DNA of 63,277 nucleotides from Lama guanicoe (Eukaryota): NCBI GenBank assembly GCA_013239625.1, contig MU054212.1:3808744-3872020 (forward strand), given 5' to 3'. Below the pieces are notes generated by a model. That model did no database searches. It saw nothing but the letters and a program-made list of their open reading frames with translations, and was not told the DNA's origin. The translations under genes and the position numbers were made by a program. Shown one piece after another: positions 1 through 13,667 of the stretch (position 1 is its first letter; each line of letters starts with the position of its first letter).

Positions 1-99
1 GACTAAATTCTTAATTTAGAAAGAACTCAAAAATTGAGGGACAAAGGAATAAATCCTCACAGAAAATTCTGCAAAAGACAAAAAATAAACAATTCAAAC

Positions 100-660
100 A
101 AAAAAGGAAATGAAATAGTCTTGAAACATAGGGGAAAATATCATAGTGAGATATACAAGTTGAAGTGCAATGTAAGATCCTGGTTTGGGACTTGGAACAG
201 AAAAGAGCTTCGCTGGAAAAAATGATGAGATTTGAAAAGGTCTGCAGGTAAGAGCACTTTTCCCATGTCAGTTTCCTGGTTTTGATAATTGAACTACGCA
301 AGATGGGAACCTTAGTGGAAGCTGCCTGAAGAATATATTACATAGAAAGTCTTTGTGGTACTTTTGTAACATTTTGGTGAATAATTTCTAAACTGAAAAA
401 ATTTAAAAACTATGTATTTAAGGTCACACCATTTTGGGGAACACTAGTAAAAATCATGAGGGAATAATAAGTCTAAAATACAGGCTAGTGGTAACATCGG
501 AGGGTGACAGGATGGGAAATGGATTGGGAAGGGACCCTCAGGGGACATCAATGATAATTTTAATATTATCGTTCTTTGAGTGGGTATGAATACATGAGTG
601 TTCATTGTAGCATATTGTACCTTTTTATATTTGATTTTTTTAATTAATGGAAAGTATTTA
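100..660 (+). mobile_element. Old L1M 3'-end fragments; boundaries approximate
   Basis: atgtcagtttcctggttttgataattg and related L1M 3'UTR motifs ending in A-rich tails. Confidence 0.5.
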
Positions 661-3600
661 ATAAATGCAAATATGTGAGATTTTGGTAGAAATATAAAGA
701 ATTTACATTGGAAACAGGCTTTTTGCTGCAATTTGGTTGCACGGCATTAAATCAAAACACTCCTAAAAAGGCCTTTTGATGTTACAATTTAAAGCGTTAA
801 TTTTGCTTACTCCTCCATCTGTAGGTCCCTAAAGTGAGCTGGCTTGCATTGGAATATAGTAAAATCCTGGCAGTAACGCAGTTCACTTCTGTGCACGGTA
901 TCAATGGAGAAAGGGGAACAGTTGGAACATTTGCCTTTGGATACAATTTTAAGAAGAGCAAATGGAAGAGACTACTTATTGGCACAAACGGAGAAAAATC
1001 CCCCTGCAGTGAGTCTCCAGATACCCAATTAAGACAAAATTAAATCATGCAAATATTGATCCAGCTAAATTTGCCAGGGGTAAGTCACATTATCAGTCAG
1101 CTTTCTTTATATCAAATAACAAGGAACTGCGGAAAAGCCAAAAAATGTTTTTTATATATTCTTTTAAATCAAGGGGAAAATAATAATAGTGAAGAACACA
1201 CCTCATTTCACTTTTATTTCTCGCGTTGGTTATCGACTTGTAGTTTTGCTTATTATGACCAATTACATGTAAAATGTCACTATTTGCCAGGTGTTTAGCA
1301 CTATCGTAGGTAATGCTTTACTCTCAAGGAGCTGGCAATTTTGTTTGAATAAGATACACACAATTTAGGTAATTTGAACCGAGCTCGGTGCATAAAATAG
1401 ACAGCAAAATATCCATGAGAACCCCATCAGTACGGGGGCTCTGTGAGTCCTAGAAAATCCCCATTAGCAATTGCACTGATCAAAGTAGTTGGCTATACTT
1501 TCATCACTGACTGAAATCACTCTTTGGAGAACTTCATCCAATTGTTGTAGGAAAACACGTATTTAATTCCACAAGTGTGCTCGAATGAACGCCGAGTCTG
1601 AATTTCTTTAGTGAGTTTTTTTTTCTTTAAGGCTAAAGTCTCCAAAAGCAAAACTTTGCATTAAAATTTTTCGCAATAAAGCAAACTCAAAATAAAAATT
1701 CCTCCATAAGAAAGGTGCAATTCGTCATGAATTTGCTTAATATCGTCTACATTGTTGAAGTCATTATTCCAAGTGGTTAGCCATAATCGGACAGGTATGT
1801 CTGGTGAGGAAAGTGGCCGATCTATTTCAAGTCTACCAAATTTTACATGTCTGTGTAAGTACAGACCACATCAAAGCAGTCACTTTTTGGAGGTCACATT
1901 TACCGCTGATGCTGACTCTTGACCAAAACACTTTGCAATTCCTCTTTCGGAATTGCTCTCAGGGCTTTCAACAAATTCAGGACAATCCTCAATTAAGAGA
2001 AGCTTAATCCTTTGACAATGGATTTGATTTTTGAAAAGAGAGCTATGTGGAGTTCAGGACAGTGAAAAGAAAAATGGGTGATGAATTGCGTTTGTAGGAT
2101 TCTGGGAGAAAAATGAGGCATGATTGATTATAAAGGATGGCTCCACGACACTTCTGAATGGATTTTGCATAAATGGCATCTCCATTAAAATGAGCAAATA
2201 AACTTCCAAAGAATCTATTTTGCAGAACAATATTCTTTTTTTTAATTTTTGCATTAGTTATGATACTACTGGCATTTAAACAAACAGGACGTTATAATTC
2301 CTTGCAGTTCATCCTGGGAGCAGGTTAGGGTTTGTTGTCCTGGGGTCAGAGGAGACTTGCAGGCAACGCTGACAAGCGGTTCTGTCTCTGCCGGGCTCGG
2401 GCTCTTCCCTGGAAGTCACTCCAGCACTGCCACCACCATGGAGCGCTGCCCAGAGTTCCCGTCTCTTCTTCTAGATTGGGCGGACCGCAGAAGGCTGAGG
2501 TCACCTTTTCTGTCTTCACAGAGCCTGCAGCCTACACTGAAGGAAGCCAGAAACCGAGCCTGTTTCAAAGAGTTGGAGTAGATGATGCTGAAAGTCACAG
2601 GTCACCCATCCCCACAACCTGCCAATTTGTGGGAATTTGATTAAAATAAAAATGGAAAACGTGTTCATTGAAGGAAGAGATACAGCCGAGAGACGTGTTG
2701 GGGTGGAGCAAGGGTTATTTTCACCCAAAGAAGCTAACTGTATGAACACAGACCTCAGTTTCTATTGAGGGAATCAGTTGGCAGAAGGTTTTCCTCTCCT
2801 GTCCCGATTTGCCTCCGGCTTCCCCTTCCCGAATCTTCCCAGTCCGACCTGGCTGTCCCCCACTGGGGCCCCCACGGTACCCAGGGCAGGGCAGCTGACA
2901 GCTCCAGTTAGTCATCATGTCCTGACTTCTCTCCTTCCTCTCTTCAGCACTCTTTTCTAAACATAAAGGCCAGTGTCTCTCCTTTAGATTTTCATATTTC
3001 TCCCTCATTGCTTTTCAGGCAGTTAGGAAGGAGGTTAAGTGCACAAGCTTGAATCCAGCCTAAGTCCTTAAATAGCCTTTTGATCTGCCTCACAGAAGTG
3101 TTATGAGGATTGGATGAGTTTGTGCACCAAAGCATGGAGCACGGTGCTTGGTTCAGAACGGGCTCTTAGTGAATGTTCGTTATCATTATGATTAACTCTT
3201 TATTTTCACTGTGCTCAGCAAGCACAACGCCCAGTGCCACCGCCATACAGTCCCCTCATGACACGTATTCAAGGTCCCACCCTCTTTGGCTTTGCACTCA
3301 GGCCTGAGAGGAGGAGGAAAGAAGAATGTCTGTCACCTTCCAGGACTTTTATCTGGAAACCCCTTTATCTCTTTCACTGTGGGGATTTCCCCCAGGCTCT
3401 TTTGTCCTCTATTTCAGAGCTGATTTTCCCTCCCTTTTGTGTTACATTTGCTTCTAAAGGGGGGTAGAGTTGCCCTATTTACAAGAGGAGCTATCACCAT
3501 GGTAACTTGGTATTTTGATACAGGCAGGAAACAATTCCCAAGGAAAAATAGGTCCCTTATTTTTCAACTTTGGCATGTAGATATATGGGAATCAAAGTAC

Positions 3601-4959
3601 TTGCCCAACAGTCTATAGCTGGTTCAAATGTCAAAGCAAAGAAACAAGTTTTATTGATATTTTAAATAAGTACTGAGCAACCCCAGCACGCTATCAATCG
3701 AGGAGAACATTCTCACAATTAATTTCTGCCTCTCAGGCGCTGATGCTTGCAGACAACATGGCATACACTTTGGTGAACTCATTCTCTGAATGAAAACATT
3801 GGTACCCATGGTCAGACAAAGAGTTGTAGTGTTCGCTCAAATTGCAGAAAGGCGTTGAAGGCATTGAAAAGGCAGTGAAAGATGTCATTTGGAGTTTCTG
3901 GGATATTTTGGTCGTTTATTGAGAGGGAACAAGACAGAGAATTTGAAAGTAAGCCTGTTCTTAACTGTCAGAGGAACATGGTTGCTGTGTATAGAACTTA
4001 CCCGCTGTGTGTAGAACTTACGCACCGTGCATGGAACCAGGAATGGGCTGGTTTTGATTACTGAATGCCTACTGTGTTCTAGGCTTCCTACTATGAGCTG
4101 CTGACATAGGTCTGAGCAAGCTGTCACTCCTGCCTTTGGCACTCTTCATTTGGAGGAGACAAATACTTACAGCACAATGTGATGTCTCTATAAAGATAGC
4201 TACAGTACGCTATGGGAGAAGAGAGTGAAGGAAGATTAAATTCAAAGAGCTGAATTTTGAACTGTATTTTTAAGGGTGTCTGGAGATGAAATCAGAGGCA
4301 AGAGACTCTGCTTCAGTTAGATCCTGGAGACATGACTGTATAGTGTCTCTCCAGAACATGAACCACTTTTAGTCCCTCTACCAAGCATAACCTTGACCTT
4401 GGCATAATCCAATAGCCTAGGTGTTCCTAGGACCAGGCTTGCAGACAGACCCTGTGCGAATTCCCATGCTGAGCTATTTCCAGTTTGCCAAATGTGTCAT
4501 CTTTTTTCTCACCTTTGCTCATTTTGTTTCATCTGTCTGAAATCTTGCTGCATGCTGTCTCTGCCTCTCCCTACCCTACAGGCATGCCTCCTCTTACCAA
4601 CTTTTGTTGGCCCTCAAGCCTTAGCTTTGATGGTTCTTCTTGGGAAAACCACTGCTGATGCCCAGAGTGGGTGAAAGTTCCTACTGGCTGCTGCGGTCTT
4701 CTCCACTTCCCCTTCCATCGGTGCTTATCAAAGTGCTTTGTCATGGCCTGTTTTCTGCTCTGACTCATTCAGTTTCACTCACTCCTTTCACTCAGTTCAC
4801 TAGGAAGCCATCAGTGGTGTTCCGTTTTGTAGTCCCAGAACCTAACTTCGTTTTTATTAAACACACGTACAAATGAATAAAGTGAGACGTTGTCTATTGT
4901 AACCGCCCAACGATAGAAAGAATAATGATAATAATGTTTTCTTGGATTTGTTATAGAGG

Positions 4960-6200
4960 GTCTGCCTGCAAGATATCTTGAGTTTTTTTGGTCATTTAAT
5001 TATTGAGTTCTAAGAGTTAACTCTTCTGTATACAAATTCTTTGTCTAAATATTTTGAAAACATTTCTTCAAGGCTGAAGTTTACCTATACATTTTCTTTT
5101 CTTTTGGGCTAATTAAATATTTTAAAATATGATAGTTTAATTTCTCTATTGGCTTTCTAAGGATTATGTACAAATCTTAAAATGATCACTCAAGTTTACT
5201 TAGAATTACTGTTGTACTAGTTCACCTAAACTGTAAGAAATTGCAACTACATAATTTCATTTACCAATTCAATCTTTTGTCTTAATGTTTCTTATATCTT
5301 AAGTTGACATGTAAGCTCTACTGTACACTGTTATAATGTTTACAATTATCTTTTAAGTAAGGTGAAGAAAAATACATAATGTTCTCTGTTTACTTCAATG
5401 GATCATTGCCGGTGTTTTTCATTTTGTCCAGTACATCTGAATTGACACTGGTGTCTTTTCTTCAGCCTGAAGGACTCCCTGCAACATATTTTGTAGTGCA
5501 GATCTGATGGAGAAAATGTGTTCATTTTTATCTTAAAATGGTAACCCTTCATTTTTGAAAAGTATTTCTAACTGGATATAGACTTCTCGATTGCCTAAGT
5601 TTATTTTTCAGCAATTTAAAGATGATTCATTGTCTTCTGGCTGTCATCGTTTTCGAAGAAAAGTTGACTATAATTTCTGTCTTTGTATAAAACGTGTCAT
5701 TGTTCTTTAGCTGTTTTCAAAGTTTTTCTCTTTATTATTGTTTTATCATGATCTGTATAGATGTAGCTTGTGTGTGTGTTTAACCAGCTTAGGATACCCT
5801 GAGCTTTTTGGTTCTATAAGTTGTACTTTTTTTTAAACCAAATTTGGAAAATATTCTGCCCCTTTCTTCCTCTCCTCTCCTCCTAGGGCTTCAGTAACAT
5901 CTGTTAGACCACTTGGTATTGTCTCACATGCCCCTGAAGCTCTGCTTTAATTTTCAAAATCTATTTTCTCTCTGTTCTGTGGATTCTAAACTCTCTGCTG
6001 ATTTATACTTAAGTTCCCTGACACCTCTAGTATCAAGAATTTGCTGTAAATCCATCAGGACAGTTTTCATTTTAGACACTGTATCTTTAATTTTGAAATT
6101 TCCAACTCGTTTCTCTTCAGTTTTCAGCTGTTAATTTATCATTACCATATTTTCTTTTAAGTCATTAACATACTTCTAATCGCTGCTTTAAGGTCCTTCT
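4960..6200 (-). mobile_element. Old degraded L1 fragment; boundaries approximate
   Basis: T-rich on +, with antisense L1-like motifs (cttcagcctgaaggactccctgcaacatattttgtagtgcagatctg). Confidence 0.65.
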
Positions 6201-6677
6201 TCAATAATTCTGACATTTCAGGAGGCTTTGAGGAAGTGTGACTACAGCCCAATATTTGTAGAGAAGCTTCTAAAGGCAGATATTTAGCTGTGAATTTGAT
6301 GTCATATTTCATCTCCCTAACCTACTAGTAAAAGGGAAAGAAGCCACTTTTGAAAAAAAGATATTTTGACAATTTCAAATGCTGAATTATATACAATTTG
6401 GGAAGGTTTATATAATACGATATCTGTTTCTGAAGTGAAGATAAGGGATAAATCACTTTGAAAATGACCACTTTCCAAGCTCTCTCTTTTTCTTGAAGAA
6501 ATAGTGTAATAATAATTAAAATGGCAGGGGCTAACATCTGAATTGTTACTGTATATTTAAGATACTGTTCAAAGTACCTCATACATATTAACTCACTTAA
6601 TACTCACAACAGTGCTATGAAATGTGTATGATTATTAATATCTCTATTTCCAGGTTGAGGACATTGACACTTAGGCA

Positions 6678-6789
6678 CAATGAATATATGTATGTTCATG
6701 TATAACTGAAAAATTGTGCTCTACACTGGAATTTGACGCAACATTGTAAAATGACTATTACTCAATAAAAAATGTTTAAAAAAAAAGGA
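6678..6789 (+). mobile_element. 5'-truncated young L1 3' end inserted in a MIR
   Basis: Same 3' end family as 52263-52470; TSD acttaggca at 6669-6677 and 6790-6798; MIR-like sequence at ~6510-6670. Confidence 0.8.
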
Positions 6790-9700
6790 ACTTAGGCAGG
6801 ATAAGCTGAAGGTATTCTATGGTCTTTGTTTTTGTAACCAAGAATCTGCTCTGTGGGTAGAGAGTGTAATCTCTCTCCCCATGCTTATTTTTAGCACCTT
6901 TATTTTACACACTCTTTGCTTTTTCAAGCATGTCACTTAATATCATTTTTAGTAGTGATAAGTTACCTAAAATCTAATTTTTCTTGATGCTTAAAAATAG
7001 TGTCCAATCTTGGCAAATATCCCCTTCTTTCCATCACTGCAGTGAGCTTCCATTCTGTCATACTTGCCTGTCACTTATACTAATTTTGACTCAAAGAAAT
7101 AATCTTTTTCAATCATAAGACGTGATCAGCAATTTACGTTCACAGAACAACAATCTTCAACCTGCTGTTAGTTGGTTGTCCCCTGTGTTGAATTATGTGC
7201 AACGGTGAACTGATGTGAACTGCTCTCCAGTGGAGATTGATTTCGCACTACCAATCTCATTTCTTCTAAGTCTTTTGGTCCTAAGACCTTCCAAGTGGCG
7301 ATGATAGGCCCTCTCTGTTTTGTTTTATCCTGTCACCAGGTGCTTAAAATTTGAAGTTTCCTTTTTATAAGATATCATAAAAATGTTTGCAATCTTATAA
7401 GATACCATTATCGGAATACAGAAAAGCACTACTATGCTGGACATGAAGAGGAATTAAATAATGGTAGGGTCACCAACATTTCAACATCTGCCATCATCTT
7501 TGTTCTAGTATTACAAACTAGCAATCGTTAGTCTTAAGTATCTCAGCATCTTGCTATGAGAAGATTTAATATACATTTAAATCAGTATTTTTAGTTTAAT
7601 CTGCAACGAGCTGGCACACACTCAGAAACGCAGAAATGGGCAACCAATAAAAGGAAAATGGTTTCTTTCTCTGAGATGCTTATATGGGAAAATATTATTA
7701 ACAATAATGGAAGCTAGTCATTCGCATCAAGAGGGCACTATGCCCGTAAGTGCTCTTGAAGCAACATGTCAAATTTGCTGGTTTTTTAAGTTCAGATTTG
7801 TGTAGTGCCTTATTCGCTGTGTAATAATATCAGTCTCTGAAGTACATCCATAATTATACCAGCAATAACCTTTTTTTGTTTGTTAGTTTATAAAAACAAC
7901 ACTGAGTGAGCAGCTGAGATGTAATTTCCTGGAGCAAAGATCTAAGAACTGATAGCATCTTTTTAACTCTCTATCATTTTCAAGCTCAAGTTCAAAAGGT
8001 CAAGATTTTTGTTTGTGCGATTTCCAAACTATGTTGTCCCATAAAGTAATGGAATTAGCGATGATTGAAAAATCACATATATATTTAATGAATAGCACTA
8101 ATGGATATGTGAAAATAGTAAAATATAAGCACACATTAATTATTCAGTATAATTTAAAGGACAAGACACTCTATTTCTTTGAATTTTCTGATTAGGTGGG
8201 GTTTTATCCATTTGTGGGACATATGGACCAGTTCACTCACCTCGTCTCATTGAATAGTTTGTATTTTTAAAAATATAGACATTGACAAAACACCGGTCTT
8301 GAATTTAGAAATAAAAATATTAATAACATTGTCAATAGTCTTTGGAAAAGTATTATAAAAACAGAAATTTTAAGTTACCGCCAAATCCTATAGGTGGAAA
8401 AGAATAATTTCTACACCCCCAAATTGATTTTAATTATTCCAAATATAAATTTTAATTCAAAATTTGATGCAAAAAAGTTCTGAAAAACAACAAGTAACTC
8501 AGAAATTCTATAATCTTATTTTAAGAGGTGATAATAAAAATGCAAATATGAAATTGCCTCTGGCTCTCTTAGTTAACAGAATAAATCTTAGCTGAATTAT
8601 TTATCCCCCTTAATACATATTCATATTCTTGCTGTAGCCTGAAAACTCAGGGGTAAAAACTAAAGGCCTTCGGAGATTGCTAGGACACCATTGGTAAACA
8701 GATTAAAACTTGTATTTGTTGATGTGCCTTCTTCTAGTCTCTTTTTCTCATTGCCTATGCTTCCCGCCATATGGTACCTCTGTCTCAAGGTAGGCATGAT
8801 CTTGTCTTCCTCAAATGAACAAGAACCAAATTCAAATTTTATGTTAATCCATTTATTCGAAGAAATTTAACGCCACCTCTCCCACACGCAGAACGACCTG
8901 TCTTTGGGTGAACTGTCAACAGAATGTAATGGCTTTACCCTCTTCAACCTGCATATCTACTTGGGTGCTTGTTGTGTAAGAGAGACCAAGTTTACTAGAG
9001 CTCTTTCTACTATGTCTTTATGACAGTTGATTGATAGCACGTATATAAAAATATTTAAATGAAGTTTACTTTTGCCTTTTGCAAGAAATTCTTAGGTCAG
9101 CCTCTTCAGGGATTATTAACCAATTAACCTTCCTTGATTTCTCTTTGAGACTTCCTGGTTACCAGTTAGAGTTCTTAGGCCTTCTTTTTAAAATCATTTT
9201 AAGCAAAGAGTCAGATTTAGCAGCAGGATTCAGGGGGTCTCTTTTGGAACCTACAGAGAAGGAGGCACAGGACTCCTGTCTCAAGGAGTCTCTTATTCTT
9301 TCCGATTTCTGTCCTGTGCAGTTGCTGGGTTAGTCCCTAGTGAAGGCCAGTTCCCTTTGTATTTCAACCCATATGATAGAAAGTGGCTATTTAATAACTC
9401 CAAGCTTATGCTGGCCCCATTGATAGATGAGCAAGATGGAGCTGAAGTCTTACTTGCAATCAATGACATGTTTTCAGAAACAAATTGATATTAGCCCCAT
9501 CCATTCTGGCCCGAAGGCTGCATTGCGTTGCCCAGACATAGCTGCTCCAGTTAGAAAACATGTAAATGGCAGTGGGATGAGGGGCAATTGACAGCAGCAC
9601 AAGATGCCTTGATTTTAACTCTCAAATTACTTAGATGAAGTTTTGACTTACAAACGAGATAGAAGAATGGAATAATAGGTCCGTTCTCTTCATGGATTTA

Positions 9701-10033
9701 TAGTATTGATCAATGACCAATCAGTATCATTCAAATAAATACAGAGCTTTACTTAAGGGAAAGCTAGAATTGGCTTTGGTTTGTAACCATGCCTACTGAA
9801 TGCTACTGTTATTGTCCAGAGATACTAACAATATTTGCTGTTTGGAATCATGTTTGCTAGCAAATCACATAATATATTTGTTCCTTTTTAATTTTAGAAA
9901 TAAAGACCACCAGACACCAGTATTGCTGAAAATGCCAGCACATAGGTTCACATGTAGTTGTAAATCTACAATATTAATTGTCAGCCCTGGCACTTTTTTC
10001 TGATGTAATGTGGTCATACTCGTTAGGTCAAAA

Positions 10034-10135
10034 GGCAGAGATGATAGATGAATTGCTGAGATCATGGTGTTGATGAAGCCAAGGTCAAAGGTGTGAGCTT
10101 TATGTGGGCCACGATTTTTGCAGAGAGAAAGTGGA
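10034..10135 (+). mobile_element. Degenerate tRNA-Ile-derived ancient SINE head (MamSINE1-like)
   Basis: catggtgttgatgaagccaaggtc...gtgggcca aligns by eye to tRNA-Ile(AAT) gcgtggtgctaataacgccaaggtc...acgggcca, followed by tttgcagagagaaa. Confidence 0.5.
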
Positions 10136-11714
10136 AAGCCTGCATCTCAGATCTCCTCTATTCTTCTTAACACGTCCCATTACACAGGAGGGAAAATGGT
10201 GATAATGTTAAAGAAACTTCTTACACAAATATGCATGTCTTCCTCAGTATCTAACGTCAACTTAAAGATAAAGGGAAATTTTCCATTTAATCAGAGAGTA
10301 TCTTGGTCTATAGAAAATCTAACAAATCCACACAGTCTGGCCTTTATGAAAATAGATCCTCGTCACTGTCAACTGTTAATCTAAAAAATGTAAAGAATAT
10401 TGTGAACTGATTATTGTTTAGCCATTCCCACGATCTGAATAAATCATAATGTGTATCATTACTGACATCTGTACTATTTTGTCAATCTTTTGATTTTGCT
10501 GCAATAACTAGTTATCTGTTTGAATTGTGTAAGTCCAGTTCTCAGGCTGTAAAAAAGAAGAAAGAAGTAAAGACAGCAAGGGAGGTAAGTATTTATTACT
10601 TTAGAAGAAAAGGTTTGTGTTGGGACCCAATATATAGTAGTGTTTACTTTGGGAAGTTAAACATCTTGTAACTCTAATCCATCTTGGATGCCCAAAGTCA
10701 CTATGTGTTGAAACTGACTGATGAGTCTAGGGATGTTTTCGGAAAAGCAAGCTAGAAGTGTTTGGGATTTAAACAACCTGGCATTACGCCTCAGGATATG
10801 TTTTCTCAGAAATTTGAAATTATTCTTGACTAAGTCTTTCCAAACCTGGGTAAGAATTTACCAGGACTTGTTGACAGTGATGCCACACTCTATTAGCAAG
10901 TGCCAATAATTTGAGATCGCCCTGATGGAAGCGCTTGACCTATTTGGGATCCATGTGACCGTTTTCACTGAGATAACGTAAATTAAAGCCAGAGGAGATA
11001 CTGTCAGTTGATACACATGCAGTATTTCTCACACCGTTGTGGAAGCGTGAAATGATGACTGACCTGCCTAGTCCTCTTCATTTCAATAAGCACATAATGG
11101 GACAAAATACACCCCCCAAATTGTGACACCTCTATTGCTTACATCAGGCATGCTGATGCCCGCGTGCGCACACAGGTGTATATCGTGAGGGCTGTTTCTT
11201 TTCCTGGTTCTTCCTGCTTCCGTTTTAGGTCTGGTTTGTGCTGCTGTCTGTGTGTTTGTCCATCAAACAAGCCAGTAGGTTGTGTCAGTTAACTCTCCAT
11301 CGCCTTCTGACACGATTCTGAGCGCAATCTGAGTGCTGTTTATACTTTGATGTACAGATTTCCTTTCAAGCTAGTGAAGGTTCCATTACTGCCCCTAGGA
11401 GGAATGGATTTCTTTGTCTACTGGAATCAGAGTGGTCTCTTGTCTCTTTGATACTGTTGGGTTTTCTTTCAGGGGCCCTTTCCAATTTTAGCATGGTATC
11501 TCTTTTCTACCCTAAAGATCAGTTATTTTCTAAACCAAAATCTCCCTTAAAGGACCATATAACCATTTTCATAATACGTTTATTAAATAAAACAATCACA
11601 TCAAGTGTTGAATCATCCTATTAACATTAAAACACAATTAAATAGTCATACACATGTGCTTTCTTTGGTCATTAACCCCAGGACTTTACGAGAACCCTTT
11701 TATTTTATTTTATA

Positions 11715-12320
11715 TCTAATTTGTTTTCCAGCTTTATTGAGATATAACTGAAGTATAACATTGTGTAAGTTTAAGATGTACAGTGTGCTGATTTGACACC
11801 CTTGTATATCAAAATGATTTCCACCATAAGATTAGCTAATACTGTCATCAAGTCTTGTAATTTACCATTTCTTTTTTTGTGGTGAGAACCTATACGATTT
11901 ACTCTCTCAGCACCTTTCTAGTATATAGTACAGTATTATTAACTATGCTGTATATTTAACACCCAGAATTTACTCATCTTAAAACTGGAAGTTTGTACAT
12001 TTTGACCAACATCTCCCATTTCCCCAACCCATTAGCACCTGTTAACCACCATTCATTCTACTGTCTGTTTTGACACGTTTGGTTATTTGAGATTCCACAA
12101 ATAAGGGAAATCATACAGTATTTGTCTTTCTCTGTCTGACTTATTTCACATAACATAATGCCCCCGAGGTCCATCCAATGTTGTTGCAAATGGCAAAATT
12201 TCCCTCTTTCTTATGACTGAATGATATTTCATTATATATATATATATTTTTTTCTGCTTATCTGCTGATGGACACTTAGGTTGATTCCATGTCTTCACTA
12301 TTGTGTATAATGCTGAAAAT
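11715..12320 (-). mobile_element. L1MA-type 3' end
   Basis: ccagctttattgagatataactg...tttgtctttctctgtctgacttatttcac...gatggacacttaggttgattccatgtc, typical of an antisense L1MA 3' region. Confidence 0.8.
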
Positions 12321-13259
12321 AATCTATGATCTCAGCCATCTAATCTAATTTTCTCTCAAAATTCTGTACACTAGTTACAAAAATACGTATGGTGTGCACA
12401 ACACAATGGTAGGATTAGTGGGGAGTCAAAGATAGGAAAAACTACATTTTAAGCTTTCTTGTCCTAAATTGAATAAGCCAGTCCCTCAAAACACATACAA
12501 TCCAGGTAGTCAAGTCAAAAAATCTGCTGTAAATGAAGAGTGGCAGCTGGCATTTAATTTTGAAAACACCGGTAAATTATTTTTACATTCTTTAAAAATA
12601 TAGGCACACAAATTGAAAACCACTCATGGTATACAATTCAGTGATACAGCCGATAATTGTTGATCATGTTTGTTCTCACGTGTCTGAATGGATTTTCTAA
12701 TGGATAATTCTTATGTCTGACACTCACGTTCTTACGGTGTTAAAAAGTTCTAAGAGAAGAATAAGATGAATACAACTCTGGGTTATCTTTTTCCGATTGA
12801 AAACATTTTAAAAAATCTTTAAGATTAATGTAGGTTTTAAATTTGTTCTAGAAGATGGACTTTATGTCCATTAAGTAAGAATTAATTATCTGCTATGCCT
12901 CTTTACTGTAACAAACTCTGCTTTATTACTTTCCTCGCAGCCACCAAAGCAAGCACTTCAGCCCCTGCATGTATGAGCTAACTGCTGTGGGGGAATGCTG
13001 GAAGTAATGAAAATAATTGCACTTTGAGATCTCTCCTGGAGTTCTCTTGTCCTGAAGAGCTCCATTACTTCTTTTTCAATCTGTCACCCCTCACTGTATC
13101 CACCTTTCTGCTGTATCTACCTGATTTTCATGAAACACCAGAAAAACACCATATGACAAAAACACAAAGCAAATTCCCCTAAATGTCTCTTACGGTGGGA
13201 ATGGAGGCAGTGATTTACACACAACAGTGAAAACGACTTGAAATCAAATATAATAAGCA

Positions 13260-13667
13260 TTCACTGTGGTGTGCCACCTAGAACCTTCTTGAGAATTGAA
13301 GAATGTACTTGAGAATGCTGCTGGCAGACGGCCCTACTGACAGCCTTCCTTCAAGACTGTCCCCACTGACGAGCCCCCAGTGACACCTGCTAGGGCGGCG
13401 TGCATCCAGTAACTGGTCTACATGGGGCTGCATAGATGCAATGCCTTGCTTCAATTTGGAACAACTCTGAAGGACCACTGTGGGCTTATCACAGCCTGAT
13501 GCATCCCTCTGGTCTTCATGGAGACTGCATGGTAGCTCATCTCCTTCTGCCTAATCTGGCTTTTGTCACTTCCCTTCCACAAACATGGACCCCAAAGCCC
13601 TCCCTGAGAAAATTTCTGCATGCCAATCATTTCAGAATCTACTTCCTTTGGAACGCATCCTGGGACA
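13260..13667 (+). mobile_element. LTR16-like (ERVL) solo LTR
   Basis: Start actgtggtgtgccacc; end ...ctgcatgccaatcatttcagaatctacttcctttggaacgcatcctgggaca resembles the LTR16 3' end. Confidence 0.6.
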
